DNA of 63,113 nucleotides, counting the filler, from Chiloscyllium plagiosum (taxonomy: Eukaryota): the NCBI RefSeq assembly GCF_004010195.1. It is 3 parts of one record of this genome, joined end to end, with 100 filler letters (N's around TTAATTAATTAA, not from the genome) between each part and the next. Parts side by side here need not be neighbours in the genome. Positions count along the whole stretch, not along the records: positions 1 to 24,211 come from NC_057717.1; 2 more parts are not named here. The stretch is one strand, 5' to 3'. The notes under the pieces were generated by a model. The model was given only the letters and a program-made list of their open reading frames with translations. It was not told where the DNA came from and did not search any database. Below, piece by piece: positions 1 to 11,584 of this stretch; the first letter of the stretch is position 1; every line of letters starts with the position of its first letter. Position numbers and translations under genes: made by a program.

Positions 1-80
1 TTTGTGACAGCTGCCATCTGAAACAAAAGTGAACCATCAATGCCAAAAGATGTCTTCATTTTTAAAAGCTCATCAAAAAC

Positions 81-1290
81 AAAAGTTTATAGAGTGATGT
101 AACTGAAATGATACCTTGAAAAATTCCTTGATTGTTTGCTTAATCACTCATCTGTGAGAATGACCATGTCAGTTTCACTTCATTCATAAGTAAATCACAA
201 AACCTTCTTTAAAATTTACATTCTCAGGTTAACTTTAACAATTGGTGTTAGCCCAGATGATATGTTGAATGTGTTAGCCCCTGTGTGATGTTGCCTGTGC
301 GATAATGTTTAGATTGATGCTCATAAAAAAAAAAGAGTTAACTGAGGTTTACATGGATACATGCAGTTTTTGAGTAATGTACAATGTAACTCCGCAAGTA
401 CGAATTCAACCTACAAATGTGTGCATGTTTACATGTGGTTTTATGTGTGCGCGTGTGTGTGTGTGTGTGTCTGGCGTGGGAGTTTGTGAGTGTCTGTGAG
501 AGAGAGTGTATATGTGTGTGTGAGTGTGAATATATCTAAATCTGTGAGAGGGCGCATGTGTGAATGTGGGAGTGTGTGTGTGTCTGGGGTGAAGGTTTGT
601 AAGTGTCTGTGAGGGTACATGCGTGAGTGTAAAGTGGTCTAAGTCTATCAGAGGGCACATGTATGAATGTGGGATTGTGCGTGTCTGTCGGAGTTTGTGT
701 GAGTATCTGTGTGCATGTCTGAGTATAAGAATGTCTGTGTGTGTGTGTCTGTGTGTGTGTGTGTGTTTATAGCACAATGATGGTAACCTGTAGAGTTACA
801 GGAACCCAAGGTCCCGTTTGTGGCCCTCATTATGGATACCGAATTGAGCTACCAGCCTCTGCTCGACCACATTTCACTGCCGCCTGTACCGAAATCCACC
901 TTGGAGGAGGTCGAATACCCTGGACCGCTGAAGTGTTCTCCAACCGGGAGGGAAGACCCGTTCTTGTTGATTGTTGTGCGGTGCCTATTTGTCTGTTGCC
1001 ATAGCCTCTGCTCGGTTTCACCAATGTACAATGCCTCGGGGCATCCTTGCCTGTAGCGTATGAGAGGGACAATGTTGACGAAGTCACATGAGTAACCTGA
1101 CACGTAAATGATGTGAGGTGGCTCCACGCCTAATGGTGGTATCCATGTCCACACTCTGACAAGTCTTGGAGCACCTACTGTGACAGGGTTGTACAGTGGC
1201 CAAGCAATGGCTCATAGCTCCGTTCCGTATCCAGAGGGAGGGCCTCAACCAGGACTTTACGTTCATATCACAGTACAGGTAACCACCATT
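81..1290 (-). mobile_element. Penelope-like element 3' fragment (GIY-YIG endonuclease remnant plus a CA/TG-rich tail)
   Basis: Minus ORF 849-1154 reads ..NIVPLIRYRQGCPEALYIGETEQRLWQQTNRHRTTINKNGSSLPVGEHFSGPG, a PLE GIY-YIG-type motif (YIGET..R...H..EHF). Degenerate (TG)n lies at ~443-766. Confidence 0.75.
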
Positions 1291-1882
1291 GCAAGATAAC
1301 ACACATTGACACTCCGACATGCACACACATTCCTATACACAAACACAGACACAGACACACATACACACATACATACATAAAATTGTGAGAATTTTAACTA
1401 AAAGCAGGAAATCAACAAAGATTAAAAGAGGACTGAGAGCATGGAAGTTACAGCTGACCAGTGAGACAGAAAACAGAGAGGCTCGAAACCTGGAAAATTG
1501 TGAGAGAGTGCACATGTCCAGGAACCGGAAATCAGAGTGGATTGGAGAGGACCAAGGCACGGTAAAAAAAATTAGGAACGTAGCTGCCGGGGACAGCCAA
1601 ATGGATTTGGCTAAAGTAGAAGAAGACAGAAGCCCTCGGAAGAGTCACGAGGTTAGAGATATGTTGGAAAAGCCAGTGAGCTAGAAATGTTTTCTGCCTG
1701 AGCCGGAAAATTGCTGAAGGATAGGAGATACTCGAGAACTGGAAAACCACTGCACACAGGAGATGTCTCAAGAAAAATAAAAGTCAAACGTGAGAGCTCC
1801 GAGAGCAGGTTAACAACGCTAATCTGACTGCCTTGAGATCGAAAATAACTTGTGGGAGAGATCAGTATTAGCCAGAAAATGG

Positions 1883-2530
1883 TGCTATAGACAAGGCTAG
1901 ACAACTCAAAACCTTCATAAGCAGGCCTCCCAGCACATAACTTTGCAGTTTGTTTCCATCAGTGTAGAGTGAAAATTACACGGATTAAGTTAGCGTGGTT
2001 GACTACTAAGCTTTAAAACATACAACACTTTCTTTAAAAAGTGACACAATGAAACACAAAGAACACAATAAAGAACCCCTAACGAAGGCAGTCTCTTCAA
2101 ACTAGACTGAATTATGCCATACTGAAGATACACAACAGTCCCATTAAGCGGCCCCTCCCTAAAAACGAGTATAAATTGAACACGAGTTTACAGGTTGAAG
2201 TTAGAAGTTCCGAAGATGGGAAAGAGTGTTTCGACACTGCTCACCACTAAACTCCCAGCAGTTCTGGACTGAACGAAGCTACTCAACTCGAAAGCTGACC
2301 ACTCCTCTTTCATTCTACAGTTCACTTCTAAAACATGACCATATTGGCCTGAAGTCTCATTTGTTTACATAGAAATAAAAGGATTTCTCAATAACTTTAA
2401 TCTCTGTACAATACCAGCCTAATCTGATCCGAGAGCGGTTTGTTATCCCTCTGACAAAAAGAAGCAAGGATGTAGTAACCTTGAGATAAGGAACAGGCCT
2501 TAGCAAAAAAAAAGCGACAGCTTTGTGACA
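1883..2530 (-). mobile_element. 3' LTR of a Gmr1-like Ty3/Gypsy retrotransposon
   Basis: On the minus strand it begins TGTCACAAAG (2530) and ends ..TCTATAGCA (1883). The same TCTATAGCA end occurs in the Gypsy 5' LTRs at 42750 and 51216. It lies just downstream of the RNase H remnant. Confidence 0.65.
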
Positions 2531-4279
2531 GCTGCCATCTGAAACAAAAGTGAACCATCAATGCCAAAAGATGTCTTCATTTTTAAAAGCTCATCAAAAA
2601 CCCGGTTGCAAGTCTAAACACACATATACCAACGATACTAACTAGAAACACGCAAATATGCACAATCACACGCAAATTCAGGCTTTGATGTACCCACGAT
2701 CAAACGCCTCCGTATCTCATTTGATTTTCAATAACACACCAACAACCAAGTTTTCGCGACCTGCCAAATGCACAATTGGTCAACTGAATGACTGTAACAA
2801 CAAGCTCCATCTAAGCATTCTGGCATTTTTGTCCTAATCTTTATTCCAAGAAATGTCATTGGCTTATGATTAGTGTATATGCTTGTCTCAGATGTGTGAC
2901 TGGTAATATAGACACTCAAAGGTTGCAATGCCAACACCAAGCTTAAAGTCTCTTTCTCCATCTTTGAATATTGACGTTCATCAACGTTCAAATTCCTGTT
3001 AAATACGTGACAGGTCTTTCTATTCCCTCCTCATTCTCTGCTGGAGCACCGCACCGACACCCATACCACTAGCATTGGTAGCCACCTTGAAAGGTTTTCT
3101 GTAATCCAGTGTAGCTAATAGTGGGACCATGATTAAGACAGATTTTAGGCTGTCAAGGGTCTTTTGACAGTTCGCTGTCCACTGAAGCTTCTTGCACTTG
3201 TTTAACAAATCGGTGAGTGCAGCAGCCATTCTGCTGAAGTTCAGCACAAACTTCTCGTTAAAATCCAATCAGTCACAGGAACGGGAATAATGCTTTTCTT
3301 TTCGACGGTGTGGCAAATTCCCCAATTACTTTTGTTTCCACGTCCCGTGGGGTCATTTGTCCACGTCTAATAACATGGTCCAGGAAAGTGACAGGGCTTT
3401 GGCAAATTCACTTTAACTGGGTTTAGCACCAAGCCTGCTTACCGATGTCGATCAAATAAGTCCAAGAAATACTGTAAATGTTCCTTCCATGAGTGGCTAA
3501 AAGTCACCGGGTCTTCAATATCCGCCACATCGTTGGGAAATCCGGCAATGACCTTATTAGTCAGTCTCTGAAAAATGGCTCGAAGATTTCTTTTCATACC
3601 AAATGGCATGACTTTGAACTGATATGGTACACTTGGCGTCACAAAAAACCGAAATTGTCTTTCCTTTCTCTAACAGAAATACTTGCCCAGTCACGTCAGA
3701 GCAAGTCCAGCTTGCTGAAAGTCATAAGTCCCACATTGTCGAAACATTCCTCCAAACGTAGTACTGGATATGCATCAGTCTTTGTCACTGCGTTAAATTT
3801 GCGATAGTCCACACTTAACTCTTGGGTACCATCTGGTTTTGGCATCATGACTATGGATGAGCTCCAGTCACGGTAAATCACATCGAATACTCCATCTTGT
3901 AGCATGCGCTCTATCTCTTGCTGAACCTGTGCCAACTTTAGAGGATAAAATTGATATGAATACTGCTTAATCGGAACAGAATCGTCTAGCTCGACGACAT
4001 GCAAATTTAGGTTAGTAATTCCTAGTTTATTTCCACATGCCTCAACATGTGATAGTAAGAACGTTTTCAGGACATTTCGATTTCCTTGTGGAAGATAACA
4101 ATAATTTATCACAATTTTGGACAACGTCCTTACTGTCCAATTTTATTTGAGCTTTGTCCAGCTGTGAACTTAGTTCTTCCTTCTGTGCTATAACTATTAA
4201 TACCTTCTCCTCTTGCTTTCTTTCCTAATCAAGATAACTTTTCAGCATAATCTCATGATAGTCTCTGATGAACTTCATC

Positions 4280-4465
4280 CTATTCTGGATTCATTTAAGA
4301 AAGAGTTGGATAGAGCTCTCAAAGATAGTGGAATCAAGGGTTATGGAGATAAGGCAGAAACAGGATATTTATTAGGAATGATCAGCCATGATCACATTGA
4401 ATGGCAGTGCAAGCTCGAAGGGCTGAATGGCCTACTCCTGCACCTATTTTCTATTGTCTATTGTT
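4280..4465 (+). mobile_element. CR1 LINE 3' end inserted in the Gypsy element
   Basis: Encodes FKKELDRAL..GIKGYG (CR1 ORF2 C-terminus), followed by a 3' tail containing GGGCTGAATGGCCTACTCCTG and a short (CTATTGT)n repeat. Confidence 0.7.
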
Positions 4466-6039
4466 TATCAAGTAGTTCACTTAACTCAATCTCCTCTCGA
4501 TTTGATAAGGTCCACTTAACTTTGCTTTTAAAGGCTCACCTGTTACTGGAATTAAGAGCCATACATTATCCCCAAATGCAAAATTGTGACTTTCTGATTC
4601 CTTATCCGTTTCTTGTTTCATTGCATGCTGTGATACTTTTTAAAAAGCTGCCTCACCAACTCTTCAGCTCAATTTAATCGTTTTCAAATTTGACACTAAG
4701 CCAAATGGGTGATCTCCAAATTCTGCATGATTAATTTCTCCTTAATCAATTTTAATATTCTCTTACCTCGTGACTAAAAATTCATTCAAATGGACTGCAT
4801 TTGGTCGCTTTATTTGGTCCATCTCTGATCGCAAAAAGGACAAACAGAACTTCCTTTTCACTATCATCTGGATGATCCTGACCAGAAGCCCTCAATATGG
4901 TATTTTGTGGTTTATTCCATCTCTTTCGCCCTCCCTTCGATTCTGAATGGTGCACACTGGATTTGAACTGCTTTATTCCTAAGTTATCCATAACCTCCTT
5001 GAATAGTTCGGATGTGAAGCTTGATCTTTGATCTGACTGGAACCCTATTTGTATTCCATGTCTAGTTTTTAAAAAGTATGTCTTCTACAGCCCTTTAAGC
5101 TGTGATGTTACGTAATGGCATTGCCTCTCGATATCGAGTCGACGCATGCATTATTGTTTTTCTTTAAGAGAGGGGACCTAAGCATCAATCAAGACTCTTG
5201 CCAATGGTTCGTCAAATTTTGGAAAGGGTATTAAAGGTGCAGGTTTATTGTTGCCTGTAATTTTCTGATTAGCTGATATATGTGACATGTCTGGCAAAAT
5301 CCAAGTACATTGTTGTGTAGTCCAGACCAGTAAAAATATCCTTGTATTTTAACCTGTGTTTTCCTCACGCATAAAAGACCTGCAAATGAAAACTCATGTG
5401 CCAATCTCAGCAGAACCTTTCGATACACTACTGGCAAAACAATTTCCTGAATCTCTGCCTATTTCTCATCTGCTTGAAGGTGTGATGGTCTCCATTTCCT
5501 CAATAAGACAAAGGGGTGCATTCACTCTCTTTCTCTGCAAATGCCTGTTGATACAACTGGTTTAAGTTCTCAACTTTCTGCCGTAATTCAATCAGCTGAG
5601 CAGAGCTAAAGACTGTTGCATGCTTACCTATCTGCTCCTGTCGGTGCCACTTATCTGATCAAAAATAGGTATTGTATAATGCTTCATCAGCTTCCTTTAT
5701 TGTGCCTTTTTAATCTTCCCTGCTTCAACATATGCCTCTGTGATCGCATGATCACGCAATCAGGAAAAATTCAAGAAAAATAATCCTTATTTCTTCATCT
5801 GCACTGAGCTTTCAAATCGAGAAGGCAGCAAACCTACCAGCGAATCAGTTACATTATTTGGAAGGACAAATTGCATTCCTGGAGTTGAAAGTTCTCCCAA
5901 TACTCTAACACAGATTGTCCATGATTTCCTGGACTCTCGAGCCTCAGTTTACATAACTGAGCACTTTTTTGTCTCACCATGAATTTCTGTTACCAGTACC
6001 TTTTCTGATAATAGCCTGTGAGGTGCACATATCATCTCA

Positions 6040-6845
6040 TCCTTCATCCTTCAGGCAAATTCGAGGTGATACATTTTGAGAAGTCTAAATCTAGACCGGA
6101 TTATACAGTAAACGGAAGAGCTTTGGGAAAAGTTGATGAGAAGAGAGATCTGGGAGTTCAGGCCCATTGGACCCTGAAGGTTGCTGCACAGGTGGATAGA
6201 ATGGTCAAGAGGCATATGTAATGCTTGCCTTCATCAGGCGGGGCATTGAGAATAAGTGCTCGCAGGTCATGTTAAAATGGTACAAGACTTGGTTCGGCTG
6301 AATTTAGAATACGTGTACTTTTCTGATCGCCACATTACCAAAACCATGTGAACGCTTTGAAGAGGGTGCAGAGATGGTTTACGAGGATACTGCCTGTTTT
6401 GGAAAGTGCTAGCTGTGAAGCGAGGTTGAGTAGGTTCGGTTTGTTTTCATTAGAAATAAAGATATTGAGAGTACATTTGATTGAGGTCTACAAAAACATG
6501 AAGGGTAGTTAGAGATAAGCTTTTTCCCAGGGTGAAGGATGCAATAACGAGTGGTTACCCTTTCAAGGTGAGAAGCGAAACGTTTAAGGGGACACTCGCG
6601 GCAAGTACTTTACACAGAGGTTGCTATGTGCCTGGAACACCTTGCCAAAAGGGTTAGTAGAGGCAGGCACGGTAGATTCATTTAAGATGCGTCTGGACAG
6701 ATGCATGAGTCGGTCGGGAGCAGCAGGATACAGATGCTTCGGAATTGGGTGACAGGTTCAGACTGTAGATTTGGATCGACTCTTGCTTGGAGGGCCGAAG
6801 GGCCTTTTCTTTGGATGTAACCTTTCTTTGTTCTTTTTTGTTTGT
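6040..6845 (+). mobile_element. 5'-truncated CR1 LINE nested in the Gypsy element
   Basis: KFEVIHFEKS..YTVNGRALGKVDEKRDLGVQ.H..LKVAAQVDRMVK is typical CR1 ORF2 C-terminal sequence. The tail contains GGGCCGAAGGGCC. Confidence 0.8.
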
Positions 6846-8459
6846 TCATAACAGCCTGAGAATATCCTCTGATCATTAGTGCTGTCAACTTCTTACTTCC
6901 TTCTCCTGACCTATATGAATAAACGTTACTCTTGCACGTATATTTTTAAGCAGATCTGCCTCTTCATCCTGAACCAACCTCTGAACCAATCATCTTGTAC
7001 ATTCTGATGCAGTTGTAAAACTTCCCATGTGCTTTTGTTACTCGTCAAACAAAACTTCCAGACTATTCTGGTTTGCCGACATCTGGCTTTCTTCTAGCCC
7101 ACCAACACTGTCATTTCGTGTGACCCACTTTATTCCAATGAAAACGCCGGAGCTTTTTAACTCCTTTGTCGTCGTCAATGGTTTCATTCTTTACCTTGTG
7201 GCAAGTGATCCTTAATGCCTTCACTGATACCTACCTTTCCACTTGAGGAATTCTCTTTGCCCCAACTTCTATCCCTCTCGGACTGAAATTGATTCTGAAA
7301 GCAAAAAATTGTTGTGTGGACCAGCTTTAAATCATCAGCCACTTCAGCTGCTAACCTTGTTGTGTTAACTCTCGGTTCTTCCAAATGAGTTCGCATTACT
7401 TCGGTCAGTGAACTTTTGAATTCATCCAAAATAATTACGACCCTCCCCCCCCATATGTTTGTTCGGTTTTTCATGTTCCTCTCCATCTATCGAAATTACT
7501 CTGTTTGATCCTTTCAAAGTCATTATAGTTTTGACCAGTGTCCCTCCTTCGGTTGATAGGTTTTTTGCGACAAGCTCATATCCACTTAAAATGTTTCTTT
7601 TTTCACCTCCTGATATTCCCCAGGTATCTCCTCTAATAGTGTGCGAATACCTCACTTGTCCTGCCTATAAGTTATGTCAAGATCAGCAAAAACCATGTTG
7701 CCACTGGCCACTGCATTTGCTTAGCCATCTTTTCAAGTGAGATGATGAAGGCTTCCACATCCTTCTCATAAACTTTAGGCAAAGTTTGAACACCAGCTGG
7801 ACAGTTTCTCACTCGGCTTCTGACTACCAGGCGATTGCTCATTTTCTCTCTCTTCCTCAAAAACTTTAGCCTAAGCCTTTATCTTCAGCCTTTTAATGGG
7901 ACTTTTATTTTTTTAAGTGTCAGTTTTTTTTAATTTCAAAGGCTCTCTCTTTTTCTTTCTCTGCTCTATCTTTTTTCCTCTCTTCTGCTTTTAATCGTAA
8001 ATTAAACCCTTCATTTCAGCTGCCGATTCCTTATCTCTTCATCTCGAACTTAAGCTGTTTCATTTGCAATCGAATTGTTGCTATCTCTACAGATTCTGAT
8101 CATCTCTCCATCAAGTTTGCGGCAGATTGAAGCGGGGTAATCCGAGTTCATTTTTGCTGCTGCAAATATTGCATGATTTTGTACCGGAAATATCACTCCT
8201 TGGTTCAGTGTTGTAATCGTGAAAAAATGGTTAAACAAGTGATTAGCAATCCGTGTGTTTCCCTGCGCAGGTTTGAATCTCAATGAAGAATGTTCTGGAT
8301 TTCTGTTTGTGAATGAGTTTCTGCCGAGTTGGTCATCACTCATGGTCTGAAAAAAAAAACACCGTTACCAACAATTTCCCCCATTTCCTGTTGTCTCGTC
8401 ATTTGTCTCCATTCAGGAAAATTCCATTCGAAATGACACAACAATGAGATCAGTTGTTT

Positions 8460-10075
8460 CCATAGAGCAGAGAATGCAGTACAGAACAGCACATTAGAGT
8501 CGCTTCAGCCCACGATGTTGTTCCGAACATTTATCTTAACCTGAGTTCAACCAAACCCACACATCTCTTTAATTTACTGCCGTCGATGTTCTTGTCCAGC
8601 AGTTGCTCAAATGTCACTCATGGTACTAACTATACGACCATCGCTGGCAGTGCAATCCACGCATCCACTACTCTCTGCGTAACGAATCTATTCCACTGAC
8701 ATCTCTCCAGTAGTTGCTGTGGTTCTGTTCGCCGAGCTGGAAGTTTTTGTCTTCTCACAAACTTTGAATCTCTCCAGTACCTTCCTCTAATCACCGTAGA
8801 ATTATGACCCCTCATGACCACCATTTCCGAATTGGGAAAGAGTCTCTGGCGATTTAATCTATCCATGCCTTTCATTACCTTCTACACCTCTATCAAGGCA
8901 TTTCTGTTCCTTCTGCTCCCCAGAGTGAAAAGCCCGAGCTCACTCAGTCTCTCTTTATAAGACAAGCCATCCAATTCAGTCAGCATCCAGGTAAATCTTC
9001 TCTGCACGCTCTTTAAAGCATGTACATCCCGCCTGTAATGAGGTGATCAGAACTGGACACACCATTCCAAGTGTCTTCTACAAGGGGTCTATAGAGCTAC
9101 AGCAAAACCTCGCGGCTCCTATACTCAATGCCCCTGTTAATGAAAGCCAAAACATCATAAGCCTTCTTTACAACCCGATTAAAATTGGGTGGCAACTTTG
9201 AGAAATCTATGTGTTTAGCATCACAAGATCCTACTGCTCCTTCACACAACCAATAATCCTGTCTATTACCCGTACACAACATTCAAATTCGAACTTCCAA
9301 AGTGAATCACTTTGCAGGACAGCACGGTGGCTCAGTGACTAGCACCTTTGCTTCACACCAACAGGGACCAGGCTTTGATTACCACTTCAGACAACTGTCT
9401 GTGTAGAATTTGCACATTTTCCCCGTGTCTGCGTGGGTTTCCTTTGGGTACTCCGGTTACCAACAATCCAAAGATGTGCAGGTTATGTGAATTGACCATT
9501 TGAATTGCCAATATTATTAGGTGCATTAGTCAGGGATAAATGTAGGGTAGGGGAATCGTCTGGGTGGGTTACTCTTCGGAGGTATGGTGTGGACATTTTG
9601 CGCCAAATGGTCTGTTTCCACACTGTAGGCCATCTAGGTTTATCTGGTTTACCTCCACAGCCTAGCTCTGACACCTATCAATGTCACTCTGTACAATACC
9701 ACCAACATTTGCCATCAGTGAGCTTACTAACTCAAACTTCCGCTTCTTCATCTCAATCATTTGTTAAAAACTACAAAGAGCAGAGTCCCAAGAACAGATC
9801 CCTGCGCGACACCACTGGTCACTAACCTCCAGGCAGGATACTTTCCACTCTTAACCACTTGCTGTCTTCTTTCGTCCAGCCAATTCTGTAACCTGACAGC
9901 CAAGCCTCTCTGGATCCCATAGCTCCTTAGTTTCTCAATTAGCCAACATTGGGAATCCTCAGCAAATGTCTTAGTGAAATGTATATTCACCACATCACTG
10001 CTCGACCTTCATCGACTTGACTCATCACATTCTCAATTCATTCAATAAGACTTGTGATGCATCACCTGCCCTGAC
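8460..10075 (-). mobile_element. Decayed CR1 LINE (RT region to 3' end) with a nested V-SINE
   Basis: Minus ORFs LIEKLRSYGIQRGLAVRLQNWL..VTSGVAQGSVLGTLLF (9757-9993), VVKKAYDVLAFINRGIEYRS (9097-9282) and MKGMDRLN..FVTQRVVDAWIALP (8630-8875). Confidence 0.8.
9317..9630 (+). mobile_element. V-SINE (HE1-like tRNA-derived SINE)
   Basis: tRNA-like head GCACGGTGGCTCAGTGACTAGCAC, central V-domain TTTGCACATTTTCCCCGTGTCTGCGTGGGTTTCC and a LINE-like tail. Confidence 0.8.
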
Positions 10076-11584
10076 AAATTGTGATTCGGATGTATGAAGA
10101 CATGGTGGGGAACTAACAAAGCTTCAATTACCCCCTTCTCCGCTGTCAGCTTACCATTCGAAAGCTTCATTTTTTATTCCTTTGTGACCAAAATGTCTGT
10201 TTCAGGCGCATATGAAATATGCACTGTTGCAGGAAGCTTTGCCAAGTTTTTTTTTCTCTAAACAGCGTTTAAAGGCCCGAATATGTCGAGAAACTGATTT
10301 TCACACCAACAGTTCCGGTAACTGCTTCTGCTACCTTCCTCTCACCACCCGTCCATTTGTACAACGATTGCGTGGACACAAACAAACAGAAACCGGCATA
10401 TCAGCTGCTTGTTTTGCAAATCGTTGTCAGTACCATATAATTCATCTGTTACTCGGAAGCGGCGAGGTGAGAAATGCAACAAAATTATATGCCACAAGGA
10501 ATTGAAATTGTGTTTCTCTGCCCTATTTAACAGCAAATATTGGCGAGAAGGTTTGCAATAAACTAGCAAATTCCATTTAGATTTAACAAGTGAGAACAGC
10601 ACACCTTATGCAGATTTTAATGTAGCATCAATGATTCTGCACACTGATTCTGCGCTGTTCTGCACTGAGGCCTTTCCATGTGTACGACGATAGTCACATG
10701 CCCCACATGAACGAAACACATTGGAACACTGGGCAGTATCAAGCCTTCCAGAATGGAAAACTCTCGCCTTCCGAACCTCCGCCTCAAATATGTAAGTTAT
10801 TCCTTTGTAACTAAAGAGCAAAAATAACATAGGTAGTGACTTTCAAAATTTGAGAAAACTTGCAAAGTTCATTTGTGTTTTATTAAATGCAAACAGAATG
10901 TACCGATTCAGATATACTGTCATTTTCCCTCACATTATAACTCGTGGATTGTTCTGTTTTGAAAGATGAGCTGGAGGGCTGTCGTGCAAATTTGGTGCTG
11001 AGGGTTGGCTATCCCCGATGGTGTCTTACAGCAGGATCAAGGTCCAAGCCGGACTTTTCCTATCTCCTGTTCGTGATGCATTGCAGCGATTGCAAACATG
11101 CAAACTATGGCAAACTCAGCAATGTTATGGTAGCATGGTCAAGTTGTCTGGCTTTCTAAATTAAAATTCTGACCTAGGTATTGGCATTGGTTCAAATACC
11201 ACCTTCTGCGCTTTCAGCTTACCCTTCAATAGCTTCATTCTTTTTTCCTTTTGTGGCCAATATTCTGTTTTAGGTGCACATGAAACATATGATGGTGCAC
11301 GAAGCATTTCCAAATTAGTTATCTGAATTTGGAGAAGTATCGTGCAATTCATGTGGCCCTAATTCAAGTGGCTGCAGAAATTTCTCTTGGGGCAATATTG
11401 GATTGTTACCCATGTTATAATTCACCAAAAAATTACGAGTTATCGCAGTGCACAAATTGTCATTGATTGTTTGTTTTGTTGACTGTGAAATGTACCTAAA
11501 CATAGTGAAACTTTCTGCTTGAGGATAGTGAAGGCAGTTCGAAGCAAGTGGATGGGTGGCACGGTGGCACAGCGGTTAGCTGTC

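Larger units (their letters stand above)
2700..8080 (-). mobile_element. Decayed Gmr1-like Ty3/Gypsy internal region, order gag-(PR)-IN-RT-RNaseH, with nested CR1 insertions
   Basis: Minus-strand fragments in order: gag (LPKVYEKDVEAFIISLEKMAKQMQWP, 7672-7860); IN zinc finger (LAHE..AG..KT..FYW..CQTCHIYQ, 5231-5437); IN core (4782-4991); RT (WSSSIVMMPKPDGT..VDYRKFNAVTKTDAYP, 3696-4124; YQFKVMPFGM, 3439-3642); connection/RNase H (3020-3268; YSKMEKETL, 2728-2991). Many frameshifts. Confidence 0.85.

Noticed and set aside
406..830. His/Thr-rich and Cys/Val-rich ORFs
   Set aside because: These are translations of degenerate (CA/TG)n microsatellite.
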